A stretch of DNA of 64,000 bases, from assembly GCA_964624415.1 (NCBI GenBank), contig CAZUWR010000001.1:74114-138113 (forward strand), written 5' to 3'. The notes under the pieces are model-generated. The model was not told the origin of the DNA and made no database searches. It was given only the letters and a program-made list of their open reading frames with translations. The position numbers were made by a program, and so were the translations under genes. The DNA is from an uncultured Bdellovibrionales bacterium (GTDB lineage: Bacteria > Patescibacteriota > Minisyncoccia > Moranbacterales > UBA1568). Below, piece after piece: positions 18,761-28,325 of the stretch (its first letter is position 1; each line of letters opens with the position of its first letter).

Positions 18761-19438
18761 ATGGCCACTCTCAAAAATATGCATAAAGTCGATATGCCTC
18801 GGGAAAAACTCGAGAAATACGGCGTTGCGAAATTGGCGGACTATGAATTGCTCGCCATCCTCTTGGGCTCCGGTATCAAAGGACTCAATGTAGTGGAGCT
18901 CTCCAAAAAAATCTTGAAAAAAATCCGTACATCAGGCCACGATATGCTGACACTCGACACACTCCTGGAAGAGAGGGGACTGGGAAAAGCGAAGGCTTTG
19001 CAGGTCATCGCGCTGCTTGAGCTCGGACAGCGATTGCAAGAACAGGAAAAACCGGAGATCCTCTCACCGCAAGATGCCTGGAAATTGTGCGCGGATATCC
19101 GCAGCTCCAAGCGAGAGCATCTCATCGCTTTTTACCTCGATACGCAGAACCGCCTCATCGAGCGCCAAATCATCTCCATCGGCATACTCAATGCTAGTCT
19201 GGTCCACCCAAGAGAGGTCTTCGAGCCCGCCATTGCGCTTCATGCTGCAAGCATCATCATCGCGCACAATCATCCTTCCGGAAGCCTACAACCGTCGCAG
19301 GAAGACATCAATATCACCGAGCGCCTTGTCCATGCCGGGAAAATCCTCGGCATCGCCGTGCTTGATCATATCATACTGACATCGGTTGGGTGGAAAGCGA
19401 TTGACGTTACTGAAAAGCACAGAAGTGATCAATACTAA
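18761..19438 (+). CDS. radC: RadC-like JAB-domain protein (UPF0758)
   Basis: JAMM motif HNHPSG (IIAHNHPSGSLQPSQEDINIT) and an N-terminal helix-hairpin-helix-like region. Confidence 0.85.
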   Translation: MATLKNMHKVDMPREKLEKYGVAKLADYELLAILLGSGIKGLNVVELSKKILKKIRTSGHDMLTLDTLLEERGLGKAKALQVIALLELGQRLQEQEKPEILSPQDAWKLCADIRSSKREHLIAFYLDTQNRLIERQIISIGILNASLVHPREVFEPAIALHAASIIIAHNHPSGSLQPSQEDINITERLVHAGKILGIAVLDHIILTSVGWKAIDVTEKHRSDQY

Positions 19439-19529
19439 TTCCAAACCCTGTACAAGAACGTGAAAGTAGTGTATGGTGAAGTATACTAAAGAAAGGGCAC
19501 CCAAGATATTTTTAAATACTTCATCTATT

Positions 19530-19829
19530 ATGCCCAAAACATTCGATTTCAAAGGAAGAGTATGGAAGCACGATGGCCCTGCCGGGTGGCTTTTTGTGTA
19601 TGTCGAGAAGTTTATTTCCACTGAAATCCTCGCCCTGACCAAAGGGAAGAAAAAGGTTGGCTTCGGCTTTATACCAATACAAGCCACACTCGGCAGAAGC
19701 ACTTGGGATACGGCCATTTTCCCGAATAAAGAGCGCAAATACCTCCTGGCTATCAAGCGATCCATCGGACGGGTGGAGAATACCAAGGAAGGTGATATTG
19801 TGGATGTGCGTCTCACGATCCCGGAGTAA
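19530..19829 (+). CDS. DUF1905-family protein
   Basis: Approximately 100 aa. Pattern FKGRVWKHDGPAGWLFVYVEK...GFGFIPIQATLGRSTWDTAIFPNKERKYLLAIKRSIGRVENTKEGDIVDVRL fits DUF1905. The start is at Met20 of the track ORF. Confidence 0.55.
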   Translation: MPKTFDFKGRVWKHDGPAGWLFVYVEKFISTEILALTKGKKKVGFGFIPIQATLGRSTWDTAIFPNKERKYLLAIKRSIGRVENTKEGDIVDVRLTIPE

Positions 19830-19943
19830 AGACAGTGTTTGACAAAAACGCAGTATAGAGCGATACTATTTTCGCGAGGAAGTGATGATAATCAAAAACT
19901 TCTTGATCGTGGATGGTGATAAACGAAAAAGGTAGGTGATATT

Positions 19944-20105
19944 ATGCCGCACGCACATAAAGGTATTTGGGGATATATGTTTGCGCAAAAAATAGATGCA
20001 AAGGGGATGCTCATACATCCTGATAACTGGATTGAGATTAAAAAAATTGAGAAACATACAGGCATCCCGATGGAGCGTTGGGGGAAGCTCTCGCAATCGG
20101 CTTGA
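19944..20105 (+). CDS. Candidate small protein gene (53 aa) below the ORF-track cutoff
   Basis: ATG preceded by a good SD (AAAAAGGTAGGTGAtatt ATG), ends TGA 20103-20105, and is followed about 20 nt later by a strong terminator. Translation: MPHAHKGIWGYMFAQKIDAKGMLIHPDNWIEIKKIEKHTGIPMERWGKLSQSA. Confidence 0.35.
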   Translation: MPHAHKGIWGYMFAQKIDAKGMLIHPDNWIEIKKIEKHTGIPMERWGKLSQSA

Positions 20106-20123
20106 CTGTCTCACTCATACATA

Positions 20124-20159
20124 GGGTGGAGGAAACAACCTCCACCCCTTATTTTTTTG
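20124..20159 (+). terminator. Rho-independent terminator
   Basis: GGTGGAGG-aaacaa-CCTCCACC stem followed by CCTTATTTTTTTG. Confidence 0.7.
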
Positions 20160-20189
20160 TACGCTATAATCTATCGAGGTGTAAAAATA

Positions 20190-20222
20190 AAGGCGGTCAG
20201 TATTGCACTGTCCGCCTCTTCT
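20190..20222 (-). terminator. Probable terminator hairpin for the minus-strand gene 20236..20718
   Basis: aggcggtcag ... ctgtccgcct imperfect 10 bp stem. On the minus strand it is followed by ttatttttac. Confidence 0.45.
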
Positions 20223-20235
20223 TTGATAGCCTGAT

Positions 20236-20718
20236 CTATTTTTGCTTCAGTGTATTCTCTACGTGAATCAGATCGCACGTACTGCTATTGAGTAATATAC
20301 TCATACAAGATGCTATATGCAGTAAGTTTTGTTGTGATGAACGTAGGAAAGGCACTATTTTACGGCGTATTTTTTCCGTATTGACGTCCGCTATCTTTTT
20401 TATGGTTGCAATTTTTCGGGCTTCGATATGAGAAAATTTTCTTGGTTTACGTTTGCACAATTTATGCGTGCACTCTGCGGAAAATCTGAATTCCCCTCTA
20501 TTGAATGGTTCATTCAATAATTCTAGCAACGTCCCGATACTTTGTAATAATGTTTTTTCTATATTTTCTATGTTATTTTGATGTATATAGCCGATGAACT
20601 GTTCAACACATGGGTTTGCCTCAGAAAAACCGCCATTGAGACCAATGTTGAATTTAATGACTATACAGAGGGAATATGTATGCGAACATATTTTTGATTT
20701 TGTCATTTTTACCTCCAA
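20236..20718 (-). CDS. Hypothetical protein encoded in an AT-rich segment
   Basis: 160 aa, low GC relative to neighbours, own terminator, no recognised domain. Confidence 0.4.
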   Translation of the reverse strand: MEVKMTKSKICSHTYSLCIVIKFNIGLNGGFSEANPCVEQFIGYIHQNNIENIEKTLLQSIGTLLELLNEPFNRGEFRFSAECTHKLCKRKPRKFSHIEARKIATIKKIADVNTEKIRRKIVPFLRSSQQNLLHIASCMSILLNSSTCDLIHVENTLKQK

Positions 20719-20799
20719 ACACGTATCACTCTATCACCATGATAGGACTCAAGAGTAGCATACTGGCAATTGCCCGTCAATCTACGTTTTTAACCGCTT

Positions 20800-21324
20800 A
20801 TGTTGTATACTTATCATATGAATATCGAAGTAATCGTCTCGGACACGATACAGAAACAGTACCGTTATATACGAAGCGCAAAGATGGGCGAGGATTTCGA
20901 CGTGCGCTTCAAGCCGGATGTGACCCCGCAGGAAATGCTGGCACTCGGGGTATTCGGCGGCAAATACATGACTGATTGCCGGGACGAATTCCCCAAGGAA
21001 TGGTTCGTATCAGCGAAGCTTTGTCATGAGCGACACGATTCTGACCTTAATTGTTTCAGTGTTAACGCCAGTCAGCCTCTTCGCGTGTGGCGGGCCAAGG
21101 GATGGCTGCATCCCGATGATCCAAGAGGGTGGTTTCAGTGGTACTGCCGGTACTATATGGGCCGCCGTATGGAGCAAGAAGATGATCGGCAGATCAAGCG
21201 TTGGATCGCTGTGCAAAGACATATCGCTCAATTGCGAAAGAACTGCCGCAGAGGCGATGTATTTTGTCGGCCGCGCCAAAGACAAGCTTTACTGCACTGG
21301 GCATATGACAGCCGAAAATTGTAA
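20800..21324 (+). CDS. Conserved hypothetical protein (Trp/Arg-rich; GWLHPDDPRGWFQWYCRYYMGRR motif)
   Basis: 174 aa. Looks like a conserved family but I cannot place it. An alternative start is ATG 20818 (MNIEV). Confidence 0.45.
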   Translation: MLYTYHMNIEVIVSDTIQKQYRYIRSAKMGEDFDVRFKPDVTPQEMLALGVFGGKYMTDCRDEFPKEWFVSAKLCHERHDSDLNCFSVNASQPLRVWRAKGWLHPDDPRGWFQWYCRYYMGRRMEQEDDRQIKRWIAVQRHIAQLRKNCRRGDVFCRPRQRQALLHWAYDSRKL

Positions 21325-21333
21325 CATGAATAT

Positions 21334-22032
21334 ATGGTAAAGTCGATACAATCAGCATTGCGAAAAATAAGTACTCCGGCAAAAGCGGAAGCATCGAAAA
21401 GATTTTTCAAAACCGGTCCCGGCCAGTATGGCGAGGACGATGTGTTTCTTGGGGTGACGATACCGGAGCAGCGGCGCATTGCCAAAGAGTACCGCGCACT
21501 CTCACTCAAAGAAATCGAACAATTACTGAAGTCTAAAGAACACGAATTCCGTATGACAGCGCTTCTGATTATGACGTATCAGTACCCGAAGGCATCAGAG
21601 GTGGAAAAGAAGCGGCTCTATGATTCGTATCTCGCGCATACAAAGTGGATCAATAATTGGGATTTGGTCGATGTATCGGCTCCTCGGATTGTTGGTATGT
21701 ATCTGCAGGACAAAGATCCTTCCGTATTGTTTGACCTGGCCCGATCCGGATTCTTATGGGAAAGACGTATCGCTATTATCGCTACGCTTGCTTTCATCGC
21801 GTCGGGAAAATCTGAGACGACTCTTTCTATCGCAGAATTGCTTTTGCAGGATAAGCATGATTTGATTCATAAAGCGGTCGGGTGGATGCTTCGTGAGGTA
21901 GGCAAGCGCTGTGGGGAGGGTGTGGAGCGAAACTTCCTGGATCAGTACACGAGCCGTATGCCGCGTACGATGCTCCGCTATGCTATCGAGCGCTTTGACG
22001 CCGATACCCGTGCTCATTATTTGAAACAGTAA
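21334..22032 (+). CDS. DNA alkylation repair enzyme (AlkC/AlkD-like HEAT-repeat glycosylase family)
   Basis: 232 aa. Signature FFKTGPGQYGEDDVFLGVTIPEQRRIAK ... NNWDLVD ... W..RRIAII typical of PF08713. Confidence 0.75.
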   Translation: MVKSIQSALRKISTPAKAEASKRFFKTGPGQYGEDDVFLGVTIPEQRRIAKEYRALSLKEIEQLLKSKEHEFRMTALLIMTYQYPKASEVEKKRLYDSYLAHTKWINNWDLVDVSAPRIVGMYLQDKDPSVLFDLARSGFLWERRIAIIATLAFIASGKSETTLSIAELLLQDKHDLIHKAVGWMLREVGKRCGEGVERNFLDQYTSRMPRTMLRYAIERFDADTRAHYLKQ

Positions 22033-22038
22033 AAACAT

Positions 22039-22677
22039 ATGAACGAAAAGGTAGTAATAAAGCCTAGTCAGATTTCTTTGATAGTCGCCAACCTGATACC
22101 GCTTATTGGAGTACTATTTTTTGATTGGAAACTCTACCCGATCATTCTCTTATATTGGTGCGAAAATCTCGTTATCGGAGTGTTCAATATCGCTAAGATG
22201 GCTCGGGCGACAGGAGTCGCTTCTTCTGGTTTTACGATGAATGATAAACCGTACACTCCGGATATGAAAACCGGGCTCATTGTATTCTTTGTGCTGCATT
22301 ATGGTATTTTTCTCGTGGTACACGGCGCGTTCGTATCTATTTTGTTCGGTTCGGATGGTGATATCCGAGGTGGGTTTTCCATTGCTTTGCTAGGACTTTT
22401 TATCAGTCACGGCATTTCTTACGTCACCAATTATATCAAGACCAAAGAATATGAGCGTGTTTCCGCGCCGGATCTTTTTATAGAGCCGTACAGGCGTGTC
22501 ATCATACTGCATGTAGTCATCTTGTTTGGTGGTATGATCGCGAAACTGCTCGGAGCGCCAATAGGAGCATTGATTATACTTATCGCAATAAAGATATGGG
22601 TCGATCTGAAGAAACATACCTGGGAACACAGCACATTCTTGTTGACGAAAGAACAAATGATAAAGGAAATTGTATGA
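22039..22677 (+). CDS. Integral membrane protein (5-6 TM), unknown function
   Basis: 212 aa, hydrophobic. Its stop TGA overlaps the queH ATG in an ATGA. Confidence 0.5.
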   Translation: MNEKVVIKPSQISLIVANLIPLIGVLFFDWKLYPIILLYWCENLVIGVFNIAKMARATGVASSGFTMNDKPYTPDMKTGLIVFFVLHYGIFLVVHGAFVSILFGSDGDIRGGFSIALLGLFISHGISYVTNYIKTKEYERVSAPDLFIEPYRRVIILHVVILFGGMIAKLLGAPIGALIILIAIKIWVDLKKHTWEHSTFLLTKEQMIKEIV

Positions 22678-23276
22678 TGGAAAAATTTCTTCTCCATGTC
22701 TGTTGCGCGCCATGCAGTATCGCGGTCATCGATGAATTGCGGAAGCAGTACGATCTGTCGGTGCTTTTTTTCAATCCCAATATCCATCCGGAAGAAGAAT
22801 ATCTCAGACGAAAACACGAGGTGATTCGTATCTGTGAGGAATGGACTATTCCAATGATCGATCAGGATTATGATACCTTAAAATGGGACGCGGCGACCAA
22901 GGGTTTGGAAATGCAACCCGAGGGAGGTTTTCGGTGCAATGCTTGTTTCCGTGTACGACTATCGCGGACGGCGCAAGTGGCTGCTGATGGAGGCTTTGCG
23001 CGATTCGGATCGACGCTCACGACAGGGCGGTACAAAAAAGCAGCCATCATCAATCCTATCGGCGAAGCGGCGGCCACTCGATTTGGAAGCATGTTTCATG
23101 CCAAGGACTGGAAGAAGCAAGGCCGGGAAGCTTTGTCGCGAAAGATGGTCAAAGAGCGCGGTATGTATGAGCAGGATTACTGTGGGTGCCGGTACTCATT
23201 GCGGGACAAGAAAGAGCGCGAGGAACGGAAACGAGCCCAGGGAATACAAAATATGCGGAGCGCGATCCCTCAGTAA
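22674..23276 (+). CDS. queH: Epoxyqueuosine reductase QueH (DUF208)
   Basis: N-terminal LLHVCCAPCS motif and Cys-rich C-terminal region (CNACF ... CGCRYS). The start at ATG 22674 overlaps the upstream stop by 4 bp. Confidence 0.8.
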   Translation: MMEKFLLHVCCAPCSIAVIDELRKQYDLSVLFFNPNIHPEEEYLRRKHEVIRICEEWTIPMIDQDYDTLKWDAATKGLEMQPEGGFRCNACFRVRLSRTAQVAADGGFARFGSTLTTGRYKKAAIINPIGEAAATRFGSMFHAKDWKKQGREALSRKMVKERGMYEQDYCGCRYSLRDKKEREERKRAQGIQNMRSAIPQ

Positions 23277-23297
23277 AGCTACGTTTGTCATAAATAA

Positions 23298-23326
23298 TTG
23301 ACAAAAAATAGAAAGTATGCTAAGAT
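23298..23326 (+). promoter_or_regulatory. Sigma-70-like promoter TTGACA-N17-TAAGAT with an overlapping TTGTCA-N8-TGACAA inverted repeat
   Basis: Seen directly upstream of the small gene 23409..23696. The IR overlaps the -35 element and is a candidate operator. Confidence 0.45.
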
Positions 23327-23408
23327 GGGGTGTTGATTTGAGCAAAGGCGATTCTCTATCGCGGCCTTATCAGCAGTTCATTTTTTTAGAGACAGCAAGG
23401 GGAATAAA

Positions 23409-23696
23409 ATGACTTTATTTATAGACGATGTAAAAAAAATTATAGAACAGCAAGGCTGGCCGAAAAAAAGAATACCAGGGCAATCAATAACTTTGGTATA
23501 CGGGTTGCCAATAATAAAAACGCCAAACTTTGTAAAAAAAGAAAGATTGCCTGATACTGCTTCAGTAACAGCGAAACGAAAAAAAGGTACGAAAGGCACC
23601 TTTCAACAAAGTAACAAAAGACGGGGTGATGGTCGGCGTATGAAAAATCGCGTGAAATCTCAATATAGTTGCCGCAATTGCAGCGGTTATTTATAA
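23409..23696 (+). CDS. Small basic hypothetical protein
   Basis: 95 aa. SD AAGGGGA 7 nt upstream of the ATG. Lys/Arg-rich C-terminus with CRNC. Bracketed by the promoter above and the terminator below. Confidence 0.45.
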   Translation: MTLFIDDVKKIIEQQGWPKKRIPGQSITLVYGLPIIKTPNFVKKERLPDTASVTAKRKKGTKGTFQQSNKRRGDGRRMKNRVKSQYSCRNCSGYL

Positions 23697-23713
23697 CAGT
23701 ATCAATGCCACGC

Positions 23714-23757
23714 AAAAAAGCCTCGATAGATTCATAAGGATTTGTCGAGGCTTTTAT
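23714..23757. terminator. Bidirectional rho-independent terminator hairpin
   Basis: aaaaaAGCCTCGA-18 nt-TCGAGGCTtttat, a perfect 9 bp stem with an A-run 5' and a T-run 3'. Confidence 0.65.
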
Positions 23758-23834
23758 ACTACCTATCTTTACAAAATGTCTTAAGAGGCAGAGAATAAAG
23801 AATACTAAAGAGTATCATTTACTACGACATATTT

Positions 23835-24557
23835 ATGCCATACACAGTATACAAAGCAGAAGAAAGAGGCAGGGCGGAACACGGCTGGCTTCATTCGAAA
23901 TTCAGTTTCAGTTTTGCGGAGTGGTATGACCCGGAACGTATGGGATTTGGAGCACTGCGCGTTATCAATGACGATGTGATCGATGCTGACTCCGGCTTTG
24001 ATCTGCATCCGCACAACAATATGGAGATCATTACCATCGTGACGGAGGGTGCCGTTACGCATGGGGACAGTATGGGCAATCAGGAGGTCGTCCCAGCCGG
24101 TGATGTGCAGGTGATGTCTGCGGGGACGGGCGTGGTACACTCAGAACACAACAACTCTCTTGATGAAACGCTCAAACTTTTTCAAATATGGATTTTACCG
24201 AAAAGCCGAAACATTGAGCCTCGCTATGGACAGAAATCTTTTGGGACGCAGTGGAAGCGTGATGCTTTGGATCTCCTCGTTTCACCCGATGGTCGTGATG
24301 AGTCGCTCTCGATACATCAGGATGCTTTCGTGTTGCGAGGTGCTCTTGAAAAAGGGCAATCGCAGACGTATAAGCTATATGATGCAGAAAAGAATGGCGT
24401 CTATGTCTTTGTGGTTGATGGCAGCATAACGATAGACGGGAATACTTTAACAGAACGGGATGCTCTCGGTACCGACAAGGCCATGACTCTCGATATTGTA
24501 ATTGTAGCCAATGAAGATTCCCGCTACCTTATTTTTGAAGTCCCTATGACAGTATAG
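23835..24557 (+). CDS. Pirin-family bicupin protein (YhhW/quercetinase-like)
   Basis: 240 aa. Pirin N-terminal cupin with metal-binding His residues (HPH..MEIITIV..G...H.D..G), and a C-terminal cupin. Confidence 0.85.
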   Translation: MPYTVYKAEERGRAEHGWLHSKFSFSFAEWYDPERMGFGALRVINDDVIDADSGFDLHPHNNMEIITIVTEGAVTHGDSMGNQEVVPAGDVQVMSAGTGVVHSEHNNSLDETLKLFQIWILPKSRNIEPRYGQKSFGTQWKRDALDLLVSPDGRDESLSIHQDAFVLRGALEKGQSQTYKLYDAEKNGVYVFVVDGSITIDGNTLTERDALGTDKAMTLDIVIVANEDSRYLIFEVPMTV

Positions 24558-24595
24558 TTGACTCTTTGGCTTATTTCGGGCTATACTGAATACAT

Positions 24596-25150
24596 ATGAA
24601 ACAACGAAAGATATTTTTAGGCGTGTCGATTCCGCGGGATGTCTCGAAGCGGTTGGCACGAAAGATGGAGCAGTGGCAGGATTTGCCATTTCGTTTCACC
24701 AAAGAAGGTAATATGCATATTACCTTGCTTTTTTTGGGGCACGTGCTGGATGAATCGGTTGCCAAAATCTGTTTGCAGGTAGAGGAAGTTTGTCGGAATA
24801 TACAGGCTTTCGATGTTGACCTCAATACAATCACGCTCGTACCGGAGCAGGGGATGAACGCTAAGCAATTGTGGTTTATGGGCGAGGCAAATGAAGAGTT
24901 GCGGCAGCTTCGCGTCGCACTGGAAAAAGAGCTCTCTATGTTCAGCTCCGAGAAGAAAGTATTCCGCCCTCATGTGACACTTGGCCGCGTACGGCAAAAC
25001 CTCTGGCAGGAGCTGCCGCAGATTCCGGAAATGAATGACAGTCTTTCGGTATTCCTTCCGATCGATAGTGTCATTGTCTATGAAAGCGTCTTTCAAAAAG
25101 GGGAGGGCCTAGCCTATGAAGTGCTTGCCGAATGCCCCCTTGTTTATTAG
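24596..25150 (+). CDS. thpR: RNA 2',3'-cyclic phosphodiesterase (2'-5' RNA ligase family, ThpR/LigT)
   Basis: Two H-x-T-x motifs (HITLLFLG and HVTLGRV) in a protein of about 180 aa. Confidence 0.8.
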   Translation: MKQRKIFLGVSIPRDVSKRLARKMEQWQDLPFRFTKEGNMHITLLFLGHVLDESVAKICLQVEEVCRNIQAFDVDLNTITLVPEQGMNAKQLWFMGEANEELRQLRVALEKELSMFSSEKKVFRPHVTLGRVRQNLWQELPQIPEMNDSLSVFLPIDSVIVYESVFQKGEGLAYEVLAECPLVY

Positions 25151-25278
25151 TAACTGTTTAAAAGCTTTTCGTTTTTTGCTTTTGTATAGTGTTTTTTCGA
25201 ACTGCCGGGTCAAAGACGAAAGGCGAGAAAAAATACTATCAAAAGCCAAAAAACAAGAGTAAAAAGATTTTAAACAGT
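25151..25278. repeat. Conserved intergenic module, copy 2
   Basis: taactgtttaaaa, T-rich stretch, agtgttttttcgaactgccgggtcaaagacgaaaggcgagaaaaaatactatcaaaagccaaaaaacaagagtaaaaagattttaaacagtt. Lies between the thpR stop and the glycosyltransferase start. Confidence 0.65.
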
Positions 25279-25290
25279 TATTTGGGAGCT

Positions 25291-26061
25291 ATGATTTCAA
25301 GTAGCCTTATTTTCAATACGCGTGTGGATAATCTTGCCAAGCAGGATATTTTTCATACCGTTGATACTTTTTTAACAAGCGAGCAATTTCATCAGATCGC
25401 GACGGTCAATCCGGAGTTTCTTTTACTGGCTCGAAAAGACGCTGCCTTTCGAGCGGTTCTAAATGCCTGTGAATTGAATGTGGCGGACGGGGTCGGCATA
25501 CACCTCGCTTTGTGGCGGCAAGGAAAACGCTTGCGCGCTCGTGTGACGGGCGTGGATCTAATGGCATATATTTTACAACAGGCGGAGCGTAACGATCTGA
25601 CCGTGATGTGTGTGCTGCGCAAAGATGGTTTGAGTGTATGGAAAGATGTCCGTCGTGCGATCAAACAGCAGTATCCGAAACTGCGTGTCGAGGGTATCAA
25701 TAGCGATCCCTCTCTGTGTCATCCCGCACTTACTTATACAAGTCATCCTGAGCTTGCCGAAGGATCCCGTACTTTTACGGATGCATTACACAACTCACAC
25801 ATAGTCCTCTGTAATTTCGGTGCGCCACACCAAGAGTTTTTCCTAGCCGGATTGCGGAACCATACAGGTGCTCTTCGAGTAGCGATGGGTGTTGGCGGAA
25901 GCTTTGATTTCTTGACGGGAAAAATAAAGCGCGCACCGAAGTGGATGCGTGCGGCGGGATTGGAGTGGCTCTGGCGATTGCTTCTGCAACCCAGGCGATT
26001 CAAGAGAATATGGAATGCTGTTATCGTCTTTCCTTTACGAGTGATCCTTGGAATACAATAA
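25291..26061 (+). CDS. WecB/TagA/CpsF-family glycosyltransferase (N-acetylmannosaminyltransferase-like)
   Basis: Family signature (IATVNPEFLL, LNACELNVADGVGI, C-terminal WLWRLLLQPRRFKRIW). The start is at ATG 25291; the track ORF begins earlier at a GTG inside the repeat. Confidence 0.8.
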   Translation: MISSSLIFNTRVDNLAKQDIFHTVDTFLTSEQFHQIATVNPEFLLLARKDAAFRAVLNACELNVADGVGIHLALWRQGKRLRARVTGVDLMAYILQQAERNDLTVMCVLRKDGLSVWKDVRRAIKQQYPKLRVEGINSDPSLCHPALTYTSHPELAEGSRTFTDALHNSHIVLCNFGAPHQEFFLAGLRNHTGALRVAMGVGGSFDFLTGKIKRAPKWMRAAGLEWLWRLLLQPRRFKRIWNAVIVFPLRVILGIQ

Positions 26062-26064
26062 AAA

Positions 26065-26096
26065 ACAAAAGTCCCAATTATTCAATCAGGACTTTC
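26065..26096. terminator. Bidirectional terminator hairpin between convergent genes
   Basis: AAAGTCC-14 nt-GGACTTT, preceded by an A-run and followed by cttgtt. Confidence 0.45.
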
Positions 26097-26109
26097 TTGT
26101 TCGTTTACT

Positions 26110-26535
26110 TCACGGGTTTGTCGATAGAGCAGACACTTCTTCATTTGCTTGCATCAACGTCATAATAACCTGGGTGGTATAGTGCTCAATGCTCACGGGC
26201 ACCGACCGTTGACTTTCTTTCCCGGTCGTGAGATTCTTGCAGGTTATTTTTGTATTTCCATCGGTGACAGCATCAATCGTACATTCGTTTTGCGCCGACC
26301 AATCAGACTTGGCCTTTTTTTCAAATCCGTATTTCTTGAATTCATCCACAAAACCTAGATATTCCGTTCCAGAAAGGCTAAATACTTTCACAATCGATGT
26401 GTCACTTGTCACAGCAAAATCTACCCGATCGACCTTTTTCCATTTATTAATTTCTATAACATATAATCCCGACATAATTACCAGGATTAGTGTCATAGGA
26501 ATCAATACGCACTCTAGAAACGTTGGTTTTTTCAT
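26110..26535 (-). CDS. Hypothetical membrane-anchored protein
   Basis: 141 aa, N-terminal TM helix, no recognised domain. Confidence 0.4.
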   Translation of the reverse strand: MKKPTFLECVLIPMTLILVIMSGLYVIEINKWKKVDRVDFAVTSDTSIVKVFSLSGTEYLGFVDEFKKYGFEKKAKSDWSAQNECTIDAVTDGNTKITCKNLTTGKESQRSVPVSIEHYTTQVIMTLMQANEEVSALSTNP

Positions 26536-26706
26536 GTCTATTTCCTCCGCAGAAATATAAAAAAATTAAGGTACAACATTACCATAAACAAGACGTTTAA
26601 GCACTTGTATGGATGTTCTATCCTAACATATCGTCTGTATTTCGTCAAGGCTTTTCAAAACGGATGAAAACGGCTACAATAAAGGCAATTAAACAAGTAT
26701 ATATTT

Positions 26707-28260
26707 ATGAAATCATCCTCACATATTCGTGTCCGTTTCGCGCCGTCACCGACGGGCTATGTACATATCGGCGGTCTGCGGACGGCTCTGTACAACTATC
26801 TCTTCGCCGCAAAACAGGGCGGGGCGTATTTGCTTCGTCTTGAGGATACCGATCAGAAGCGTTTTGTTCCCGGTGCGGCTGAAAATCTCATTTTGGTATT
26901 GCAATCGATGGGACTTTCTCACAGTGAAGGACCTTTTGTTAAAGATTCATCGATAAACGGTAGCAATCAACAATCGGCAATCAGCGATTCCGAAAAGTAT
27001 CCGGGTATCGTAGAGGTTGGAGATTTTGGTCCGTATATCCAGTCCGAACGATTGGATTTGTACCGCACCTACGCGCAGCAGCTTATTGATGAGAAAAAAG
27101 CCTACTATTGCTTCTGCTCACCCGAACGACTCGATGCAATGCGCAAAGAACAGATGGCCAATAAACAGATGCCCAAATACGATCGTTTGTGCTGTCAGCT
27201 TTCTTCGGAAGAAATCCAAAAAAATTTGGATGCCAAACTCCCTAATACGACGGTCCGTTTCAAACTACCCGACCATGAAACCGTACGGTTCACCGATATG
27301 GTGCGCGGAGAGGTTTCTTTCAACACGGCTTCGATGGCGGATGCCGTGCTTCTCAAATCGGACGGGTATCCGACCTATCATCTAGCTATGGCGGTGGATG
27401 ATCATCTGATGCAGATTAGCCATGTGATACGTTCCGAGGAATGGCTTCCGAGTTTGCCCTTGCACGTATTGCTCTACCGAGCCTTCGGTTGGGAGGCTCC
27501 GCAATTCGCGCATTTGCCGCTCATCATCAATACCGATAAGAGCAAGCTCTCCAAGCGTCAGGGTGATGTGGCCGTGGAGGATTACCTTAAGAAAGGCTAT
27601 CTCAAAGAAGCCTTGATCAATTTCGTGGCGCTCTTGGGATGGAATCCTGGTGAAGGGAGTACGCAAGAATTGTTTTCGATGGAAGAATTGATCGAGCAAT
27701 TTGACTTCGCACACGTCCATAAGGCAGGCGCGGTCTTTGATATGAAAAAGCTCGATTGGATCAACGCGCAGTATATCAAGAAGCTTTCTTTGGAAGAATT
27801 GTATCAGAAATCGTTGCCGTTCTTTCAAGAAAAATCGTTCTATACAGGAACGAAACCGGAGCGTCAATCCGAAGAGTATCTGAAGAAAGTCCTCACCATC
27901 GAGCAAGAGCGCCTGAATCGTTTGGACGAGGTGGGGGAGCATAACACCTTCTTTTTTGCCGATACCCTACAGTATGACAAAGAACTTCTCCGATGGAAGA
28001 AAAATACGGACGATGAAACCCTCGCCGCTCTTACGAAAGCCAGAGAAGTTTTAGTATCCATCGACGACCAAGAGTGGACACGGGAAATGCTCTCGGAAAA
28101 ACTTATGACGGCAGCAGGGGAGAAGCGAGGCGATCTGCTCTGGCCTTTGCGCGTCGCCCTCACAGGGGCGAAGCAATCCCCATCTCCCTTCGACGTGGCA
28201 TGGGTGCTTGGTAAAGCAGAAACGCTAAGCCGTGTAGAGAAAGCTTTGAATGACAAATGA
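26707..28260 (+). CDS. gltX: Glutamyl-tRNA synthetase
   Basis: Class I HIGH-type motif (PSPTGYVHIGGLRTALYNY), KMSKS-type motif (KLSKRQG), and a GluRS anticodon-binding C-terminus. An insertion in the catalytic domain makes the protein 517 aa. Confidence 0.9.
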   Translation: MKSSSHIRVRFAPSPTGYVHIGGLRTALYNYLFAAKQGGAYLLRLEDTDQKRFVPGAAENLILVLQSMGLSHSEGPFVKDSSINGSNQQSAISDSEKYPGIVEVGDFGPYIQSERLDLYRTYAQQLIDEKKAYYCFCSPERLDAMRKEQMANKQMPKYDRLCCQLSSEEIQKNLDAKLPNTTVRFKLPDHETVRFTDMVRGEVSFNTASMADAVLLKSDGYPTYHLAMAVDDHLMQISHVIRSEEWLPSLPLHVLLYRAFGWEAPQFAHLPLIINTDKSKLSKRQGDVAVEDYLKKGYLKEALINFVALLGWNPGEGSTQELFSMEELIEQFDFAHVHKAGAVFDMKKLDWINAQYIKKLSLEELYQKSLPFFQEKSFYTGTKPERQSEEYLKKVLTIEQERLNRLDEVGEHNTFFFADTLQYDKELLRWKKNTDDETLAALTKAREVLVSIDDQEWTREMLSEKLMTAAGEKRGDLLWPLRVALTGAKQSPSPFDVAWVLGKAETLSRVEKALNDK

Positions 28261-28325
28261 GTCGTTTCGGGGTATACTGTATAAAGAGAAACGTTCTTAA
28301 GTAAGGACACTTTTACACGTATGCG

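Noticed and set aside
25189-25290. Lys-rich peptide (FRTAGSKTKGEKK.YQKPK...) apparently encoded by both copies of the intergenic repeat; in copy 2 it is fused to the glycosyltransferase ORF.
   Set aside because: Copy 2 relies on a GTG start inside the repeat. The two copies differ by compensating single-base indels. The frame relation to the upstream gene differs between copies. The peptide similarity simply reflects DNA identity.
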